A stretch of DNA of 64,000 nt from Desulfocapsaceae bacterium (GCA_046705065.1 JBJKQT010000107.1:7836-71835); one strand, 5' to 3'; shown: positions 38,250-48,332, numbered from the stretch's first letter. The notes: generated by a model from the letters alone, not told the origin. A program made the numbers and translations.

Positions 38250-40298
38250 TTAAACGCGAAAGCTTCGTACGATGGTATCGAGTTCGGCTGCAAGGTTTTT
38301 AAGGTGGTCCGCCTTTACTTTTACTTGATTGCTGCAATCGGCAACTTCTCCGGAGCCTTGGTCGATAACGGCTATATCCTGCGAGATCTCCTTTGCCGTC
38401 GCAGAACTTTGGCTGGCGTTTTCATTAACGGCCTGAATACCAAGAGACGTTTGAGAGATGCTTCGGGCTATCTCTTTGGTTACGCCGGACTGCTGTTCAA
38501 CAGCCGTGGCAATGCTTCCAATAATTTCGTTTACCACGTCGATAACCTTCGAGATTTCACCGATACCCTTGACCGTCCCTTCTGTGCAGCCATGGATGTT
38601 TTCAATTTTGCCTCTGATTTCCAGAGAAGCTTCCGATGTTTGTTTCGCCAGTTCCTTGATTTCGTTGGCAACAATGGCAAAACCTTTTCCCGCTTCACCT
38701 GCGCGTGCAGCTTCAATGGTCGCATTGAGTGCCAATAAATTCACCTGTTCCGAAATTTCGGTAATGGTTTCGATAACCATATTTATAGCTGCTGCGGCAT
38801 GTTCCAATTCGTCCAATTGACATGTTGTTTCGCTCGTCCTATGAACAGCCTCGCTTGCTATCGACCTTGCCTTTTCGGCATTTTGGGCAATTTCCTCTAT
38901 GGTTGCGGTCATCTCTTCCGCAGCGGTGGCGACAACTGAGGAATTCATGGAAGACTCTTCAGTTGCGGCAGCCACGTTATTCAATTGGACCGTCATTTCC
39001 CCGGAGGCAGACGACACCCTGTTCGAACGGGCAGAGGTCTCAACCGCCCCTTTGGACAGGTAGGTTGCGATTTCCTGGAATTCACTGGATGACTGATTGA
39101 GAGTGCGGGAATTTTCAGCTATATTCTTGATTATTCCCTGCAGTTTGCCAAGAAAAGTGTTGAACCAGCCGGCCAGTTCGCCAATTTCATCTTTTTTGAT
39201 TATTTCAAGTCGCTTGGTAAGATCTCCTTCTCCTTCGGCGATGTCTTTTAACATCCCGATCGTTCGGTTTATGGGGAGGGTTACCGAACGGACACTTAAA
39301 AAAAGTGGTATCATAACGGCCACCAGCAATACCACACACAGCGTTGCAGTTCTCGTCTGGACTTTTGCCATCGTTCCGTATTCATCTGAGGCGTTGTATA
39401 TATATGCTATTACACCAATTTGTTTGCCGCTAAAATCCTTTACCGGGAAAGTACTGGTGTAATAATTTCCTACTCTGAAGGAAACAAATCCCCTCTTGCC
39501 TGCCGCTAGCTGTTTGGAGGAGAGAACGGCATCGGTGGTCCGTTTATCGGTTGATGAAATGAAAACAAAATCTCCTATGACAGGGTTTTTGGCAGCATCC
39601 TGCAATTGGGTGGCAATCGGGAGAAATTCCTTGTTCATATATACGGCTATGTATTCGTTTTTGTTGCTGACGCTGTATTTGACCAAGGGATCATAAGCAG
39701 ACAGCGACTCCACGGAGCCAAGGAATTTGCCGGTATCATCAAGAACGGGCGCCACTCCGCGAATGGCAAACCCGCCGCGACCGATCTCGATGCCGCTGAT
39801 CACGCTGTGTGTAGTGCTGATTTCTTTTATCATGGGACGGAAGGAACTGAGATCGTCGCTTTTGTGCTGGTTTTTTTTCCACAGCCGCAGCAGGCTTCTT
39901 GCAGGAGGAACGTGGAAATGAAGACGCAATGAATTAGCTTTATGTGTTTGCCGGTATCCGTTTTCAATTGAGGCAAAATAACTGCGCAATTGTTGACGTG
40001 CTGCTTCCATATTAGGATCGTCGGAATTGTTCAGATTACCCTTATAGGCGGTTTCATAGGCGCCAAGGACTGTTTTTTCCCTGCTGAAAAGGGAAGATTG
40101 GGCAAGTAAATTGTCAGCGATACTTTTCTCGTTTTTTGCAATATCCGCCTCTTTTGACTTGGCCATACTTTCAAGATTCAATTTTGTCTGGTTATTGAGC
40201 ATTGAAGTTATAACGAAAAAGAGCGAAACGGAAAAAATAACGGTAACGCTGACCACCGGTAAAAGAATACGAGTGCCGATTTTGTGTATGATTCTCAT
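38250..40298 (-). CDS. methyl-accepting chemotaxis protein with Cache-like periplasmic domain and HAMP
   Basis: Two TM helices flank a ~300-aa periplasmic region. A HAMP domain follows, then the signalling hairpin [31 protein letters not shown]. Confidence 0.9.
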   Translation of the reverse strand: MRIIHKIGTRILLPVVSVTVIFSVSLFFVITSMLNNQTKLNLESMAKSKEADIAKNEKSIADNLLAQSSLFSREKTVLGAYETAYKGNLNNSDDPNMEAARQQLRSYFASIENGYRQTHKANSLRLHFHVPPARSLLRLWKKNQHKSDDLSSFRPMIKEISTTHSVISGIEIGRGGFAIRGVAPVLDDTGKFLGSVESLSAYDPLVKYSVSNKNEYIAVYMNKEFLPIATQLQDAAKNPVIGDFVFISSTDKRTTDAVLSSKQLAAGKRGFVSFRVGNYYTSTFPVKDFSGKQIGVIAYIYNASDEYGTMAKVQTRTATLCVVLLVAVMIPLFLSVRSVTLPINRTIGMLKDIAEGEGDLTKRLEIIKKDEIGELAGWFNTFLGKLQGIIKNIAENSRTLNQSSSEFQEIATYLSKGAVETSARSNRVSSASGEMTVQLNNVAAATEESSMNSSVVATAAEEMTATIEEIAQNAEKARSIASEAVHRTSETTCQLDELEHAAAAINMVIETITEISEQVNLLALNATIEAARAGEAGKGFAIVANEIKELAKQTSEASLEIRGKIENIHGCTEGTVKGIGEISKVIDVVNEIIGSIATAVEQQSGVTKEIARSISQTSLGIQAVNENASQSSATAKEISQDIAVIDQGSGEVADCSNQVKVKADHLKNLAAELDTIVRSFRV

Positions 40299-40504
40299 TT
40301 TATTCTCCGTTTATTTGTTCGTTTTCATAATACACAGTAATTCAAATGATTCTCGATCAACACAATCGTTTAAAACTTTCAACCAGGCAGATCGTATTTT
40401 TACGCGACCAAAAAATACCCCGCAGTACCGAAAAGCATACTTGATTAGTAAGTGTATGGACGGATCCATTCAGGTTTGCATATCAAAATCGTATGCCGCT
40501 TCCG

Positions 40505-41323
40505 TTATGGGTTGCCGCGGGATGGTAAAGCTCGTTTGATTTTTGAGTAATCTTCATCTCTTGATATTTCAAAGGCTTGTATTTTAAGAGCCTGAAGAAC
40601 AGGGGCGTTTGGTTGAAGAGCGAGAAGCGCCGCTTGAATTTTTTGCTTTATCTGTTCCGGCAGGGTCTTTTTGATCGAAAAAGCCCAACCGGGGATCATT
40701 TCACAGTTTTTAATTATTTTTATCTGCGAAACCGCAATAAACTTGTCAACTTTATGCAGTGCCGACTCACGAATAAATCCGGCATCCGCTTCCCTCGCAT
40801 AAACAGAGAGTATTACATTTTCTTGTTTGTTATCGACCGCTTCAATGATATTGCAATCGGTATCAACGTGGATCCCGGCTTCCATTAAGGTTAATTTTTG
40901 CGAAAGATAGCCGCCGGCCGATCTGAGACCGACTATGGAAACCTTTTTACCTCGTAAGTCTTCCAGTGTGGATATTCCACTGTCCGTCCTGGCAATGATG
41001 ATCCCTCTGAATTTATTTTTATCCGAAACTATGACCTCGTGACGGTCTGAAACCAAGGTGTAGACTAATGGATTTTCATAGCCGAAATCGATGGAGCCAT
41101 TTTTGATTTTATTCTCGTATTGGGAAAAGTCGCTTGTGACGACAGGCTCGATTTTCAATCCGGTTTTTTGGGACAAATATTCAGACAATATTCCGATTTT
41201 TTTATTGATTTCAATAGATGAATAAAGCGGCAACATAGAGAGTTTGTAGGTGTCACCGGCATGTACAGACATGGGTGCCATGCCGATCAGTACAACGATT
41301 GTGAACAGTATTAATAATCGCAT
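40505..41323 (-). CDS. PhnD-like (phosphate/phosphite/phosphonate family) periplasmic substrate-binding protein
   Basis: Signal peptide MRLLILFTIVVLIGMAPMSVHA. YKLSMLPLYSS...IARTDSGISTLEDLRGKKVSIVGLRSAGGYL...ADAGFI matches the phosphonate-binding fold pattern. An AGGAG RBS is present. Confidence 0.7.
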   Translation of the reverse strand: MRLLILFTIVVLIGMAPMSVHAGDTYKLSMLPLYSSIEINKKIGILSEYLSQKTGLKIEPVVTSDFSQYENKIKNGSIDFGYENPLVYTLVSDRHEVIVSDKNKFRGIIIARTDSGISTLEDLRGKKVSIVGLRSAGGYLSQKLTLMEAGIHVDTDCNIIEAVDNKQENVILSVYAREADAGFIRESALHKVDKFIAVSQIKIIKNCEMIPGWAFSIKKTLPEQIKQKIQAALLALQPNAPVLQALKIQAFEISRDEDYSKIKRALPSRGNP

Positions 41324-41351
41324 GTTTAGCTCCTATCGGATATCCTTGCTG

Positions 41352-42359
41352 TCAATTGCGTCTCAGTCGATTTATGGCGGTCTTGATGGAAAAACGCATA
41401 CGCTCCAGTGATGCCGCTAATTCCGCAATTTCACCACCGCCTTTAATTTCAATGGGTAGATTGATTTCGCCCAAACTTATTTTTTCGGCAGCAAGGGTCA
41501 GTGCTTTGATAGGAGATGCAATCGTCCGTGCAACCAGTAAAAAACTAAGAAAACCTAAAATGGCGATGACTCCTAAAATCAATAAAAGTGGAATCAAACT
41601 TTTTAGAATGGCTTTTTCAACGTCCTCGGTAAATATTCCAACATGTGTTTCTCCCCCCGTATCGCCAATCTTTACCGCAACGTCATGAATTTTTTGTCCT
41701 CCGACGCTGAGATCAAGAGCGCTTTTTTGCATCTTCCCGGGGATTTTGTTTCGTGTAGAAATTTCTTTTGGGAATCCATTTTTTTCGACCTTTTGCACAA
41801 AATCAGCCGAAAAACGTTTGAGGTCACCAAAAATGCCGGCGACAACTTGGCCTTTTCCATTTATGACGGAAACATAAGCAACTCCTGGTAAGCCGGCATT
41901 GGTTTCTGCTGCCTTATTTATCAAGAGAAAATCGTTTATCAGATAAGGTTGTTGAATTGATGCGCTGAATGACCTTGAGATCGAAAAGGTTCGCAAGTTT
42001 ATCTGGTCGTTCATCAAAGAAGGGACATAGGTCATATAGACCACACTGAGAATACATCCTGTAACCAAGATAAAAGCTACGAAAAGGAGTAATAATTTTT
42101 TGCTTATGGTAAGTCCCGGCGATTTCTCCGGGGGTGCAGCTTCTTCGTCATCGATTTCCCAATCGATATTTTGAGGTTTTGGTGTTGTTTCTTTATTGTC
42201 ACCTTGGAGTTGCGCTGACTTCTCCGAAAGATTCTGCTTATACACCTCAATTGTGTCACCGCAGTTCCGACACTTAAATCTTACCTTAGGACCGGAAATT
42301 TTTTGTTCATCAATTTTGTATTGTTTCCCACATTCTTCGCATTGAATAATCCTATGCAT
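41352..42359 (-). CDS. membrane protein: N-terminal MJ0042-type zinc ribbon, periplasmic region, C-terminal HAMP domain, no output domain
   Basis: An AAGGAG RBS precedes ATG 42359. The ribbon is CEECGKQY...FKCRNCGD. Two TM helices are present. HAMP-like ARTIASPIKALTLAAEKISLGE...GEIAELAASLERM lies at the C-terminus. Confidence 0.65.
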   Translation of the reverse strand: MHRIIQCEECGKQYKIDEQKISGPKVRFKCRNCGDTIEVYKQNLSEKSAQLQGDNKETTPKPQNIDWEIDDEEAAPPEKSPGLTISKKLLLLFVAFILVTGCILSVVYMTYVPSLMNDQINLRTFSISRSFSASIQQPYLINDFLLINKAAETNAGLPGVAYVSVINGKGQVVAGIFGDLKRFSADFVQKVEKNGFPKEISTRNKIPGKMQKSALDLSVGGQKIHDVAVKIGDTGGETHVGIFTEDVEKAILKSLIPLLLILGVIAILGFLSFLLVARTIASPIKALTLAAEKISLGEINLPIEIKGGGEIAELAASLERMRFSIKTAINRLRRN

Positions 42360-42379
42360 ATTCTCTCCTTTTGCCTCTC

Positions 42380-42841
42380 TCAGATTCGATCCAATTCCTG
42401 AAGCATACATTTAACAAACTCATTTCGCTTTTTCCCTTCCGGGAGCTGCTTTTCCAATAATTCAACCAATTCCACCGCTCGACTCTTGGGTATTTTAAAA
42501 ACGCCGTTACCCATTTCAAGAACTGCATCTTCGACCATTACCTTAGCGATCGGACCTGTTATTTTGGAGAGTTGTTTTGCCAAGAAACCTAGGAATTTCA
42601 TGTCGAGCAATTCAGCTTCTTTGCGAACTTCTTCGATGATGCCGTAAGCCATAAGTTTCGATACCAACGGACGCATATCAGAAAGGCTTGAATTAACTTT
42701 TCGTGAAATGGTGTCAATATCGTTTTTACCATCGATCTCTGCTAATATTTGAAGCATTTTTACGGTCAGGGATACTTGCCCTTCAATGGCAAATGTTCGT
42801 TTGAACACTGCTTTCGATATATCATCAGCTAAAGGGTTCAT
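42380..42841 (-). CDS. small soluble helical protein of unknown function, first gene of the chemoreceptor operon
   Basis: A GAGGAGG RBS is present. The gene is 153 aa. A possible winged-helix-like N-half reads LQILAEIDGKNDIDTISRKV...LVSKLMAYGIIEE. The family is not recognised. Confidence 0.5.
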   Translation of the reverse strand: MNPLADDISKAVFKRTFAIEGQVSLTVKMLQILAEIDGKNDIDTISRKVNSSLSDMRPLVSKLMAYGIIEEVRKEAELLDMKFLGFLAKQLSKITGPIAKVMVEDAVLEMGNGVFKIPKSRAVELVELLEKQLPEGKKRNEFVKCMLQELDRI

Positions 42842-42959
42842 TGTGCCTCCTCAATAGGCTGCGTAGAAATCAAATTTAAAAAACTCCATTTAATAAAGAG
42901 GCAACATTCGCTTTTAGAGCTTATCACCGTTCACTTTATACAGATTTGATTTTTAATTA

Positions 42960-42975
42960 AGCAATATTGATGCCA
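42960..42975 (-). promoter_or_regulatory. candidate sigma-54 (-24/-12) promoter for the 42841..38250 operon
   Basis: The minus strand reads TGGCATC-AATA-TTGCT against the consensus TGGCACG-N4-TTGCW. The GG-N10-GC spacing is correct. The site lies ~120 nt upstream of the first ATG (42841). Confidence 0.55.
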
Positions 42976-43081
42976 TCTTTTTGATAGTCAAATAAAAACA
43001 TATATTTAGTTAACATATTGTAATTTAAAAATAACATGTATGATATAGTAGTGCATATATGAAGGAACATGCCCCGTGCTG

Positions 43082-43118
43082 TGCAACAAATTCGTTGCAC
43101 AGCAACTGATTTGTTGCA
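43082..43118. promoter_or_regulatory. 37-bp imperfect palindrome, candidate enhancer/operator site
   Basis: TGCAACAAAT-tc-GTTGC-aca-GCAAC-tg-ATTTGTTGCA, with 15 of 17 arm positions self-complementary. It lies ~110-145 bp upstream of the candidate sigma-54 promoter in AT-rich DNA. Confidence 0.4.
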
Positions 43119-43740
43119 TTATGCAAAACAAAAATCAATAACTGTCTATCTGCGATTAAATAAAATTATTTCAATATGTTAGAGTTCAAAATATTGAGGT
43201 AAGGAAAGGCTCTTATTATTTTTTTACGGCACTCGTGTGTGTTTTAAATGTTAGGTTTTTCTTTCTGCCAATGGGGTTCAGCAGATTGATAATCGAGTGC
43301 TGTCTTTTGCTCGCCGCGCTTTTGGCTATGCCGGATACAAAGGAGTGTGTTTCACGTCCAAAAAATTTACCACTAAGCGCCACATAAGGGTTGCACCAAC
43401 CTGTTCTTTTTGTATCAAATTCTTGCGAACTTGCATGAAAAATTTCCTCAGAAACACGGGCCAAACGTTTTCATGCAAACCTTGGAAAACGTTGTGCAGG
43501 CCGATGCCTCAAACCGGTCTCGGAGGCATGCACTATTCCGGTAGAGGGACGGGAAAATTATCAACGTCGGCATGCTTGACGAGATGATTTGGCAAGCACC
43601 CCATAGTTCCCTTCATCGTCTTATGGAGCTTTGGCATGAATGGGTCTGGAAGTTGATGCTATAGGTATATTTTACAATAGGTTATGTGAATTTTCTGGAA
43701 ATTAAAAATGAGGGATCTTGTTTTGAAATTTTTCGATGGT

Positions 43741-44270
43741 TACCATTAAGGCGTGCCCGTTGACCAGAAAGAGCTGGAACTCTTTTCCCGCTCGATTTTA
43801 GGAAAAGGGAGGTGGCATAAACTCCGAATCGACAATCGAGATAGTTTTGTGTCGTAGAAAAACTCGCTTCTCTTTTCTTAATCCTGGCTCGTCGCGGGAA
43901 CCTGTTCCGATGGATGGTTCTTTCGAACTACGGCCATGGCTTACTCTTGCCTGGCTGTCACAAGCAGCTTTTTGACAAGCAACTACTACCCAGCATACTC
44001 GGCTTTTCGAACTGCAATAAACGATTGTTTTTTGGGGTCGAGGCAGTGGGATAGCTTTGTCCTTTGGATATACCGTATCCGGAGAACTCTATCCTCCTGC
44101 CGTAACAGCTTTTGAATAACCTCGAGTTCAAAATGGTCGTTCAACAACGGTCAAAGACTGTTCAAGGTTCCCAAGGAAGAGGTACGCGTTGTTTTCTTTT
44201 GCAAGGTTCCGTGGCTGATTGAAGGTTTCAAGGACTTGCTTGATAGACGTAGAACAGGCGGGTTATGATC
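43741..44270 (-). pseudogene. possible decayed gene remnant, family unknown
   Basis: No ORF of 60 aa or more lies here. The minus strand gives protein-like fragments broken by stops and frame changes: IKQVLETFNQPRNLAKENNAYLFLGNLEQSLTVVERPF, ELEVIQKLLRQEDRVLRIRYIQRTKLSH and EKRVFLRHKTISIVDSEF. Confidence 0.2.
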
Positions 44271-44314
44271 CGTGGTTTCTGAATGCCGAATAGGAAAATA
44301 CAAAGGATTGAAGC

Positions 44315-44719
44315 ATGCGATTGCTTATTGGACTAGCATTAGCGTTAATATTGACAATTGGGACAATTTCGTCATTGTATTCAAGAGACTCCCTCCCTTT
44401 TTCCTGTACCAGTATCCTTGGATCTGCCCAAAGCGATCTTCCGGAGTCTCACACCTCATCGCCCGGGGGGGAAATTGCAAAGGAAGGATGGAAAAAAGAG
44501 ACGCGAAAGCCCTTTGGTCGCTGGCTCGATCAATCTGAAACCATTCTTGTCAGAATCATCGATTATGTGCAGGAGAACAGGAAATCCCGGGAGTTTCAGT
44601 CTGCGTTAAGCGATCTCTTGGAGGACCTCTTCTGCGATAAGGATGAAGTCGACACGCGTGACGATATGTACGAGCCACGAGACCGGGATCGTCACAGACC
44701 GTATTCTCAATCGGGATGA
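44315..44719 (+). CDS. hypothetical secreted/membrane-anchored protein
   Basis: An AAAGGA RBS is present. The N-terminus MRLLIGLALALILTIGTISS is hydrophobic and the C-terminus is charged. I recognise no family. Confidence 0.4.
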   Translation: MRLLIGLALALILTIGTISSLYSRDSLPFSCTSILGSAQSDLPESHTSSPGGEIAKEGWKKETRKPFGRWLDQSETILVRIIDYVQENRKSREFQSALSDLLEDLFCDKDEVDTRDDMYEPRDRDRHRPYSQSG

Positions 44720-44860
44720 GACGATCCGGCTTGGGAAAAGTTGTGCCACCTTGTTTTCTTGAGGTTACTTCCTAATGTAAAGAGCAATAGGGGATATGAA
44801 TCAATGATCACCATTGGTTCATTGATTCCTAGGAAAATCAACTTGGAAAAGGAGGTCATC

Positions 44861-45472
44861 ATGAGCAAAATACTGATAGTATATTACAGCATGTACACCC
44901 ACGTGCACAAAATGGCGGAAGCAATGGCAGAAGGCGTAAAGGAGATCCCTGGTTGTGAGGTAATCCTGCGAAGGGTTCCGGAAACCTTGCCCGCTGAAGT
45001 GATAGCAGCAATGGGAGCAGAGGAGACGCAGAAGAGTATGGCCCACATCCCCGTCGCAACGGTGGACGACCTTGCTGAAGCCGACGCGATAATTTTTGGA
45101 ACTCCAACCCGTTTTGGGAATATGTGTGGTCAAATGCGGCAATTCCTTGATGCAACGGGTCAACTCTGGCTGAAAGGAGCTTTGGTGGGGAAGGTCGGTA
45201 GTGTTTTCACCAGCTCGGCCACGCAACATGGCGGCCAGGAATCGACGATTCTGAGTTTTCATACCACTTTGCTTCACCAGGGAATGATCATCGTCGGTCT
45301 TCCTTATGCTTTCGCGGGTCAAATGGATAATTCGGAAATTACGGGAGGCTCTCCTTATGGGGCGTCGACAATTGCCGGCACCAAAGGAGAAAGAGCTCCG
45401 ACTGCCAATGAATTGGCCGGGGCCCGATTCCAAGGTGCACATGTGGCGAGAATTGCGAGTAAGCTTGCCTGA
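44861..45472 (+). CDS. wrbA: NAD(P)H:quinone oxidoreductase WrbA (flavodoxin-like)
   Basis: An AAGGAGG RBS is present. [15 protein letters not shown]..., [10 protein letters not shown] and [12 protein letters not shown] are typical of WrbA. Confidence 0.85.
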   Translation: MSKILIVYYSMYTHVHKMAEAMAEGVKEIPGCEVILRRVPETLPAEVIAAMGAEETQKSMAHIPVATVDDLAEADAIIFGTPTRFGNMCGQMRQFLDATGQLWLKGALVGKVGSVFTSSATQHGGQESTILSFHTTLLHQGMIIVGLPYAFAGQMDNSEITGGSPYGASTIAGTKGERAPTANELAGARFQGAHVARIASKLA

Positions 45473-45727
45473 TTCGTCATACCGGTGCTGGTACAGACTG
45501 CATTTTGCTGTTTATTCTCCGGTACAAAAATGATAAAGGTAAGGTGCTTATGAAATAAAATCTGATCTGAAAGCTATGGGTTTTATTCCCGGACAGACCG
45601 TATCTTCTTTTAACCACAGAACCAGACGTGCCGTTTTATCTGATTATAAAAGGAGAAAACTCGATCTGGAGCTGAAAGATACCGGTTTTCAGACGGGAAC
45701 CAGTTAGCCGGTTTTTAAGGTCATGGT

Positions 45728-46420
45728 ATGCCCCTGATTTGCGACAATATCGCTTTCACCTATCCCGGAGCGGAACGCCCGCTTTTTACCGACGTGTCGT
45801 TTCAGTTGACGGTACCTGGATTCCATTCATTCTTCGGTCCTTCAGGTGTGGGAAAAACCTCTCTTGCGAAAGTCCTCACCGGCGACATCGATGGATACTT
45901 AGGCAAGGTTTCAACGGACGGGTTCAAAACGCTTCTCTATTCACATAATAAAGAGCGGCTTCCCGGGTGGTCCGGCGTGGGGCATCACCTCACTCGGGTC
46001 ATTGCGTCGTCGCTGCACGCCTACAAAGATGAACTGGTGGAGATTTTCGGATTATCCGACTGCATCAAATCCCGATTTGACCGGCTTTCCATGGGGCAGC
46101 AGAACCGCGTGAACCTGATCCGCTATCTGCTTCAGGACAGCGATTTGTTGATAATGGACGAAAGCCTGGCCAATGTCGATGAACTGACACGGGAAAAGAT
46201 TATACTGGCCATCAAGGCCATGTTTCCTGATCGCTATTTCATTTATATTTCACACAATGCCATGGAGGTTTCCAAATTCTGCGATTCGATTCTGGTCTTC
46301 CGCAACAACGGCAAGACACCGCAGACAGTCATGATTAAAGGGTGCAATATCTGTCGAGAAAAAGATTTTTCGCGCACAGCCTTGGATGCAACTCTGCTGG
46401 AGATCATGAATGTTGTATAG
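45728..46420 (+). CDS. ABC transporter ATP-binding protein (NitT/TauT-like)
   Basis: Walker A GPSGVGKTS, signature-like LSMGQQNR, Walker B LLIMDES. Confidence 0.75.
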   Translation: MPLICDNIAFTYPGAERPLFTDVSFQLTVPGFHSFFGPSGVGKTSLAKVLTGDIDGYLGKVSTDGFKTLLYSHNKERLPGWSGVGHHLTRVIASSLHAYKDELVEIFGLSDCIKSRFDRLSMGQQNRVNLIRYLLQDSDLLIMDESLANVDELTREKIILAIKAMFPDRYFIYISHNAMEVSKFCDSILVFRNNGKTPQTVMIKGCNICREKDFSRTALDATLLEIMNVV

Positions 46421-47159
46421 ACGCATCTTCCAGTTCTTTATCATCTACTTCTTGTTTATCGGCGGGTTGATGTTGCTGAAATACAGTTTGCGACTCTCCG
46501 ATTACGTCATCCCGGCTCCTTTAGGCATGTTCAATACTTTGATTGCGGAATATCGCCAATACAGCCTGGCAACTTTGAACACCATGACCGTGGCAGTCAT
46601 AGGCCAGATCCTGTCGGTCATCATGGCGTTCGTAATCGGAATCACAGGCCGTCAGTCCACCTGGTTCGGCTCATTCATCAAGGTTGCAGCTTATAATATT
46701 CAAGCATACCCAATCGTTGCGCTGGCGCCGATCCTTTTTATCCTGCTGGGCGACGGATTTCTCACCCGGCTGCTGATAGCGGCCATGATCTGCTATTTTC
46801 CGGTGCTTCTCTCCGTTTTAGGTATCATGTCCAAGCCGATAGATGATATCGAACACTTTTACCGGGTCACCGGACGCATGCGCTGGCAACTGGAGGTAAA
46901 GATCAGGACTTTTGAAAACCTGTCGCAACTGACCACCGTCATTGCCGGCAGTGCCACATTGGCCATGGCCGGGACCATTGTCGGAGAATTCATCGCCGCC
47001 AATGCAGGAATCGGCTACAGCATTCGGATCGCCCTTTATCAAAGCGATCTGAGCAAAATTTTGATCGCACTTTTTATGATCGGCATCACCATTGCCGTAT
47101 ACCAGGCACTTCTGGAATTGCTGGGCGGGATTATTAAAAAAGCATGGGCAGGAAGGTAA
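46410..47159 (+). CDS. ABC transporter permease (NitT/TauT-like)
   Basis: Six predicted TM helices. It overlaps the ATPase gene by 11 nt. Confidence 0.75.
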   Translation: MLYRRIFQFFIIYFLFIGGLMLLKYSLRLSDYVIPAPLGMFNTLIAEYRQYSLATLNTMTVAVIGQILSVIMAFVIGITGRQSTWFGSFIKVAAYNIQAYPIVALAPILFILLGDGFLTRLLIAAMICYFPVLLSVLGIMSKPIDDIEHFYRVTGRMRWQLEVKIRTFENLSQLTTVIAGSATLAMAGTIVGEFIAANAGIGYSIRIALYQSDLSKILIALFMIGITIAVYQALLELLGGIIKKAWAGR

Positions 47160-47206
47160 CTCCCCCTCCCCCAAGGGGGCCGGCGTGAGAATAAAACTGG
47201 GAATTC

Positions 47207-48229
47207 ATGCCAAAAAATGGAGCGATGATGAACGACAACACAAAAACTCGTGTTCTATCTTTCTGTGCTTTTTTTGTAGCGACGCTCGTCTTTACAGCCG
47301 TCGCCCACGCCAATGAGAAGGTGATCTACCGCTTGAAGTGGCTGCGAAATGTCAGCGTAGTCGGCGTGTTGTATGCCGAAACCCACCATCTGTTCGAGAA
47401 GGAAGGGCTAGATGTGGATGTCAAGGCAGGCGGGCCTGAACGAGATGCGATCCGGGAACTGGAGCTTGGGTATGCGGATTTTGGAGCGGCATCGGCCGAT
47501 CAGGTTCTCCGGGCCCGCGCCAAAGGATCACCTGTGGTGGTGATCGCTCAGTTATTCCAGGTCAACCCGCTTCAATGGATTTACCGCCCGGCGGATGTGC
47601 AGATCCGGAATCTTTCGGATCTTAAAGGAAAAATCATCGGAGTGACATATGGCGGAAATGACGAGACCATCATGCGCACTTTGCTGGCGGAAGCGGGTCT
47701 CGGCAGCTCGGATGTAACGCTGTTCAGCGTCCGCTATGATTATACCCCGTTTTACAGGCATCGTGTTCAACTCTGGCCGGTTTACCGCAATGCCCAGGGG
47801 CCTATTATCAGCGCACAACTCGAAAAGGCGGGGGAGAAAACCGCTTATTTCAATCCGTCGGAATTCGGCGTCAAATTCGTGGCCAACTCAGTGGTTACCG
47901 AAGCACGCACTTTTAATGAAAAGCCTGAATTAGTGAAGCGGTTTTTGACCGCCTTGCTTATGGGGTGGCAACAGGCGCTTGATCCGAACAATCAAGCAGA
48001 AGCCGTTAAAACTCTGCAGAAGTACGACCGCGACACGCCGCGAAGGATTCTGGAAGAACAGCTGAAGATCACCCGAGATCTGGTTCAGCCGAATCCCACT
48101 CTTGCCATTGGCACAATCGATGAAAAGGGATGGGAACAGACCGAGCGCATTATGCGGGCCCAAAAACAGCTTCCGGAAAAGGTTGATCTCAAAGCAATAG
48201 TAAAGCCGGTTGATGTTTCTCTGAAATAG
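47207..48229 (+). CDS. NMT1/THI5-like ABC transporter substrate-binding protein
   Basis: Signal peptide, then RLKWLRNVSVVGVLYAE..GLDV.V..GGP... and the overall NMT1-type layout. Confidence 0.7.
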   Translation: MPKNGAMMNDNTKTRVLSFCAFFVATLVFTAVAHANEKVIYRLKWLRNVSVVGVLYAETHHLFEKEGLDVDVKAGGPERDAIRELELGYADFGAASADQVLRARAKGSPVVVIAQLFQVNPLQWIYRPADVQIRNLSDLKGKIIGVTYGGNDETIMRTLLAEAGLGSSDVTLFSVRYDYTPFYRHRVQLWPVYRNAQGPIISAQLEKAGEKTAYFNPSEFGVKFVANSVVTEARTFNEKPELVKRFLTALLMGWQQALDPNNQAEAVKTLQKYDRDTPRRILEEQLKITRDLVQPNPTLAIGTIDEKGWEQTERIMRAQKQLPEKVDLKAIVKPVDVSLK

Positions 48230-48280
48230 CTCCTGTCCAAATACTGTTTTCAGGATACTTGCTGTTTTACTAAAATGAGA

Positions 48281-48310
48281 AAAGCCCTTCCGAGGGGGAA
48301 GGGCTTTTTT
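48281..48310. terminator. bidirectional rho-independent terminator between convergent genes
   Basis: AAAGCCCTTCC-GAGGG-GGAAGGGCTTT forms an 11-bp perfect stem, flanked by an A-run upstream and TTTTTT downstream. Confidence 0.65.
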
Positions 48311-48332
48311 CATTTAGTTTGTCAGGGGCAGC

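Noticed and set aside
43082-43118. The TTGCA-rich palindrome itself as a sigma-54 promoter.
   Set aside because: It contains TTGCA and GTGCAA strings, but no GG-N10-GC arrangement fits on either strand. It reads better as a protein-binding palindrome upstream of the real -24/-12 match at 42960-42975.
43216-43587. ORFs 43216..43464 (minus, 82 aa) and 43297..43587 (plus, 96 aa) in the large gap.
   Set aside because: They overlap each other, use non-ATG starts, lack an RBS, and have Cys/Arg/Lys-rich composition unlike the neighbouring genes. They are not called as CDS, and the region is reported as a finding instead.
45473-45727. A TPP riboswitch upstream of the NMT1/THI5-type ABC transporter.
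   Set aside because: Only a vague CTGATCTGAAAGC resemblance is present. The conserved CTGAGA and ACCTGATCTGGATAATGCCAGCG elements are absent.
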